From the NCBI GenBank assembly GCA_031285625.1, contig JAITVV010000011.1, positions 1-64,000 on the forward strand: a stretch of 64,000 nucleotides of DNA, given 5' to 3'. This DNA comes from Prevotella sp. (lineage in GTDB: Bacteria > Bacteroidota > Bacteroidia > Bacteroidales > Dysgonomonadaceae). Both the position numbers and the translations under genes were made by a program. Under the pieces are notes generated by a model, which saw nothing but the letters and a program-made list of their open reading frames with translations, was not told the origin of the DNA and ran no database searches. Shown here piece by piece: positions 61,609-64,000 of the stretch; the first letter of the stretch is position 1; each line of letters opens with the position of its first letter.

Positions 61609-61638
61609 AGTCTGGCATATCAATGCCAGACTTTTTAT
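61609..61638. terminator. Terminator between convergent genes
   Basis: AGTCTGGCAT-atca-ATGCCAGACT followed by T run. Confidence 0.8.
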
Positions 61639-61639
61639 T

Positions 61640-61858
61640 TTAAACTGTTTCTATTTTAAAACCTGCATTTTGTACAATTTTCATAATCTCGCCTTCTGGT
61701 ATCCCATCTGATACAACCGTTAATATTTTATCTTTATTTGCTGTATCTACTTTCCAACTGGATATTCCTTTAGCAGAATCAAGAAATGGAGTAACTTTAG
61801 CTATACATCCACCACAATTGATATTGGTCTTAAACGTAAAAATCTTGTTCTTTTCCAT
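61640..61858 (-). CDS. Heavy-metal-associated (HMA) domain protein, CopZ-like
   Basis: FKTNINCGGC metal-binding motif; downstream of P1B ATPase. Confidence 0.88.
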   Translation of the reverse strand: MEKNKIFTFKTNINCGGCIAKVTPFLDSAKGISSWKVDTANKDKILTVVSDGIPEGEIMKIVQNAGFKIETV

Positions 61859-61881
61859 AATTTCATTATTTAATTTGTAAT

Positions 61882-63999
61882 TTATTTTTTCCATTTTAGT
61901 CTCAAACTATTACTGACAACACTTACACTACTCAAAGCCATTGCAGCCCCGGCAATCATCGGATTTAGAAGAAATCCGGTAAAAGGATAAAGGATCCCTG
62001 CTGCGACCGGAATTCCTATAAGATTATATATAAAAGCCCAAAATAGATTCTGTTTTATAGTATTTACTGTCTGTTTCGAAAGTTTTATGGCTTCGGGTAT
62101 CTTGTTTAAATCTGATGATATTATAGTCATTTTAGCTACATCCATTGCTATATCACTCCCCTTTCCCATTGCAATACTCAGATCTGCCTGAGCTAATGCC
62201 GTACTATCGTTAATTCCATCACCTACCATGGCAACCATTTTCCCCTCAGCCTGCAATTGCTTGATAAATTCAGACTTCTCATGTGGCAAAACCTCTGCTT
62301 TATAATGCTTAATTCCTGTAGCTTTAGCGATCTCCTGTGCAGTAGATTCATTATCACCGGTCAACATATACACCTCTATCTTAGAAGATTGAAGCTGTTG
62401 TATAGCTGCTTTCGATGTTGATTTCACTTTATCTGCAATAGCAATAGAAGCAAGGGCATGGTCACTATTTGCAAACCAAATAATAGTCTTTGATTGATCA
62501 CTTGATTTTTGAACTTTATCCTTTAACTGATTATCAATAGAAATGTTATTCTCAAGCAACAATTTATAATTTCCTACAAAATAAGTTTGTCCATCAATAA
62601 CACCTTTTGCTCCTTTGCCTGTAATACTTTCAAAATCTGTCATAGGGACAGGCAGTATATCATTAAAATAGAGACTAACAGCATCAGCCAATGGATGCTC
62701 CGATTGCTTTTCCAGACTAAGTAAAAATACACTCTTACTATCATCTCCATTCAACCACGAAATGTCTGTAACAACAGGTCTTCCTTCTGTTATTGTTCCG
62801 GTTTTATCTAGCACTATTGCATTTACTTTTTTTGCCAATTCCAAGCTTTCTGCATCTTTTATCAGAATTCCATTTTCTGCGCCCTTACCTACTCCAACCA
62901 TTATTGCTGTTGGCGTAGCCAATCCCAGAGCACAAGGACAAGCTATAATCAACACAGTTACTAAAGCCAATAACCCTTGAGTAAATCCATTTGTGCCTCC
63001 CAATATTAACCAGAAAACAAAGGAAAGGATAGCAATACTAATAACAACAGGAACAAATATCCCAGCTATTTTATCAACTAGTTTCTGCACTGGAGCTTTG
63101 CTTCCCTGTGCCTCCTGTACCATTTTGATAATGTGAGCCAACATTGTATCAGAACCTACTTTTTCTGCCTTAAACTGAAAACTTCCTTTCTGATTGATCG
63201 TTCCTGCAAAAACTCTGTCATTCTCTTGTTTCAAGACGGGTATTGGTTCCCCACTTAACATACTTTCATCAACATATGATGTACCCTCAGTAACAAGTCC
63301 GTCAACTGCAATCTTTTCACCGGGTTTCACAAGTAAAATATCATCAATACCTATCCTTTCTACAGGCAATTGCACATGAGTACCATCTTGAATAAGTGTC
63401 ACTGTCTTAGGCTGCAATCCCATTAATCTTTTTATTGCAGAAGATGTATTTCCCTTTGCTTTTTCTTCTAATAACCGACCTAGTAATATAAATGCAATAA
63501 TAACACTTGCTGCCTCAAAGTATACATGAGGCTGAATTCCTCTTTGTAACCAAAAAACAGGAAACAATGTATTGAATACACTAAACAGATAGGCTACACT
63601 GGTACTTAATGCGACAAGAGTATCCATATTGGCAGAACGATGTTTAGCCTGTTTCCATGCATTCACAAAGAAATCTTTACCAAGCCAGAATATAACAGGA
63701 GTAGAAAGTATCCACATTATTTCGTTCGCATATGGGATATCCATAAAGAACATACCTATAATAACAACTGGTAATGACAGTATTATAGCCCAGATAGTGC
63801 GACGTTTTAAACTATCAAACTTCTTTGTATGAATCTCATCTAAAATATCTGTTTTATCACCTTCATCATTCTCAATGAGTAAGTCATATCCCCCATCCTG
63901 TACAGCCTTACGTATTTCCTTCGGAGAAATAACATCAGGAGCATATTCTACAGCAACACTTTCTGTTGCAAAATTAACAGAAGCAGCAGTAACTCCCTC
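61882..63999 (-). CDS. copA: Copper-translocating P1B-type ATPase (5' partial, runs off window)
   Basis: [35 protein letters not shown]; frame stays open to 63999 through an HMA half-domain (ASVNFATE...GY). Confidence 0.95.
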   Translation of the reverse strand, partial: EGVTAASVNFATESVAVEYAPDVISPKEIRKAVQDGGYDLLIENDEGDKTDILDEIHTKKFDSLKRRTIWAIILSLPVVIIGMFFMDIPYANEIMWILSTPVIFWLGKDFFVNAWKQAKHRSANMDTLVALSTSVAYLFSVFNTLFPVFWLQRGIQPHVYFEAASVIIAFILLGRLLEEKAKGNTSSAIKRLMGLQPKTVTLIQDGTHVQLPVERIGIDDILLVKPGEKIAVDGLVTEGTSYVDESMLSGEPIPVLKQENDRVFAGTINQKGSFQFKAEKVGSDTMLAHIIKMVQEAQGSKAPVQKLVDKIAGIFVPVVISIAILSFVFWLILGGTNGFTQGLLALVTVLIIACPCALGLATPTAIMVGVGKGAENGILIKDAESLELAKKVNAIVLDKTGTITEGRPVVTDISWLNGDDSKSVFLLSLEKQSEHPLADAVSLYFNDILPVPMTDFESITGKGAKGVIDGQTYFVGNYKLLLENNISIDNQLKDKVQKSSDQSKTIIWFANSDHALASIAIADKVKSTSKAAIQQLQSSKIEVYMLTGDNESTAQEIAKATGIKHYKAEVLPHEKSEFIKQLQAEGKMVAMVGDGINDSTALAQADLSIAMGKGSDIAMDVAKMTIISSDLNKIPEAIKLSKQTVNTIKQNLFWAFIYNLIGIPVAAGILYPFTGFLLNPMIAGAAMALSSVSVVSNSLRLKWKK

Positions 64000-64000
64000 A

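Overview
AT-rich chromosomal window from a Bacteroidales organism (Dysgonomonas-like by gene content and TAnnTTTG promoters; the taxon is an inference). Left part: Tat aldo/keto reductase pair, an RND efflux operon and a minus-strand housekeeping block (rnhA, M16 peptidase, AlkD-like, cysS, dusB, mnmD, ispF, porV, FAH, polyprenol-P-mannose synthase). Next come tonB, an orphan 352-codon gene broken by one in-frame TAG, and the TIGR03916/TIGR03915 radical-SAM putative DNA-repair pair. The centre (24.4-47.6 kb) is a 23-kb peptidoglycan utilisation/recycling locus: NlpC/P60, Tat dipeptide epimerase, two sugar kinases, an Amidase_3-like 'xanthan lyase', SusC/SusD, two NamZ, GT2, DUF4922, a signal-less SpoIID, AmpG with a large insert, HGSNAT/MurT-like and MurQ. 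Right part: HAD, DUF1080, S9 peptidase, a CAZyme-free SusC/D/lipoprotein unit with a perfect (CT)33 tract upstream, a TPR-LuxR plus DUF3244-like pair, and copZ/copA (partial). Non-coding signals: five copies of an ~85-bp element (TTATCT...GTWACA-N19-21-TGTTACTTTTGTCAC) co-oriented with the downstream gene and embedding a TAnnTTTG box, and four copies of a TGTCAT...ATGACA palindromic repeat, one nested inside MITE-like inverted repeats. No rRNA, tRNA, CRISPR or transposase was seen.
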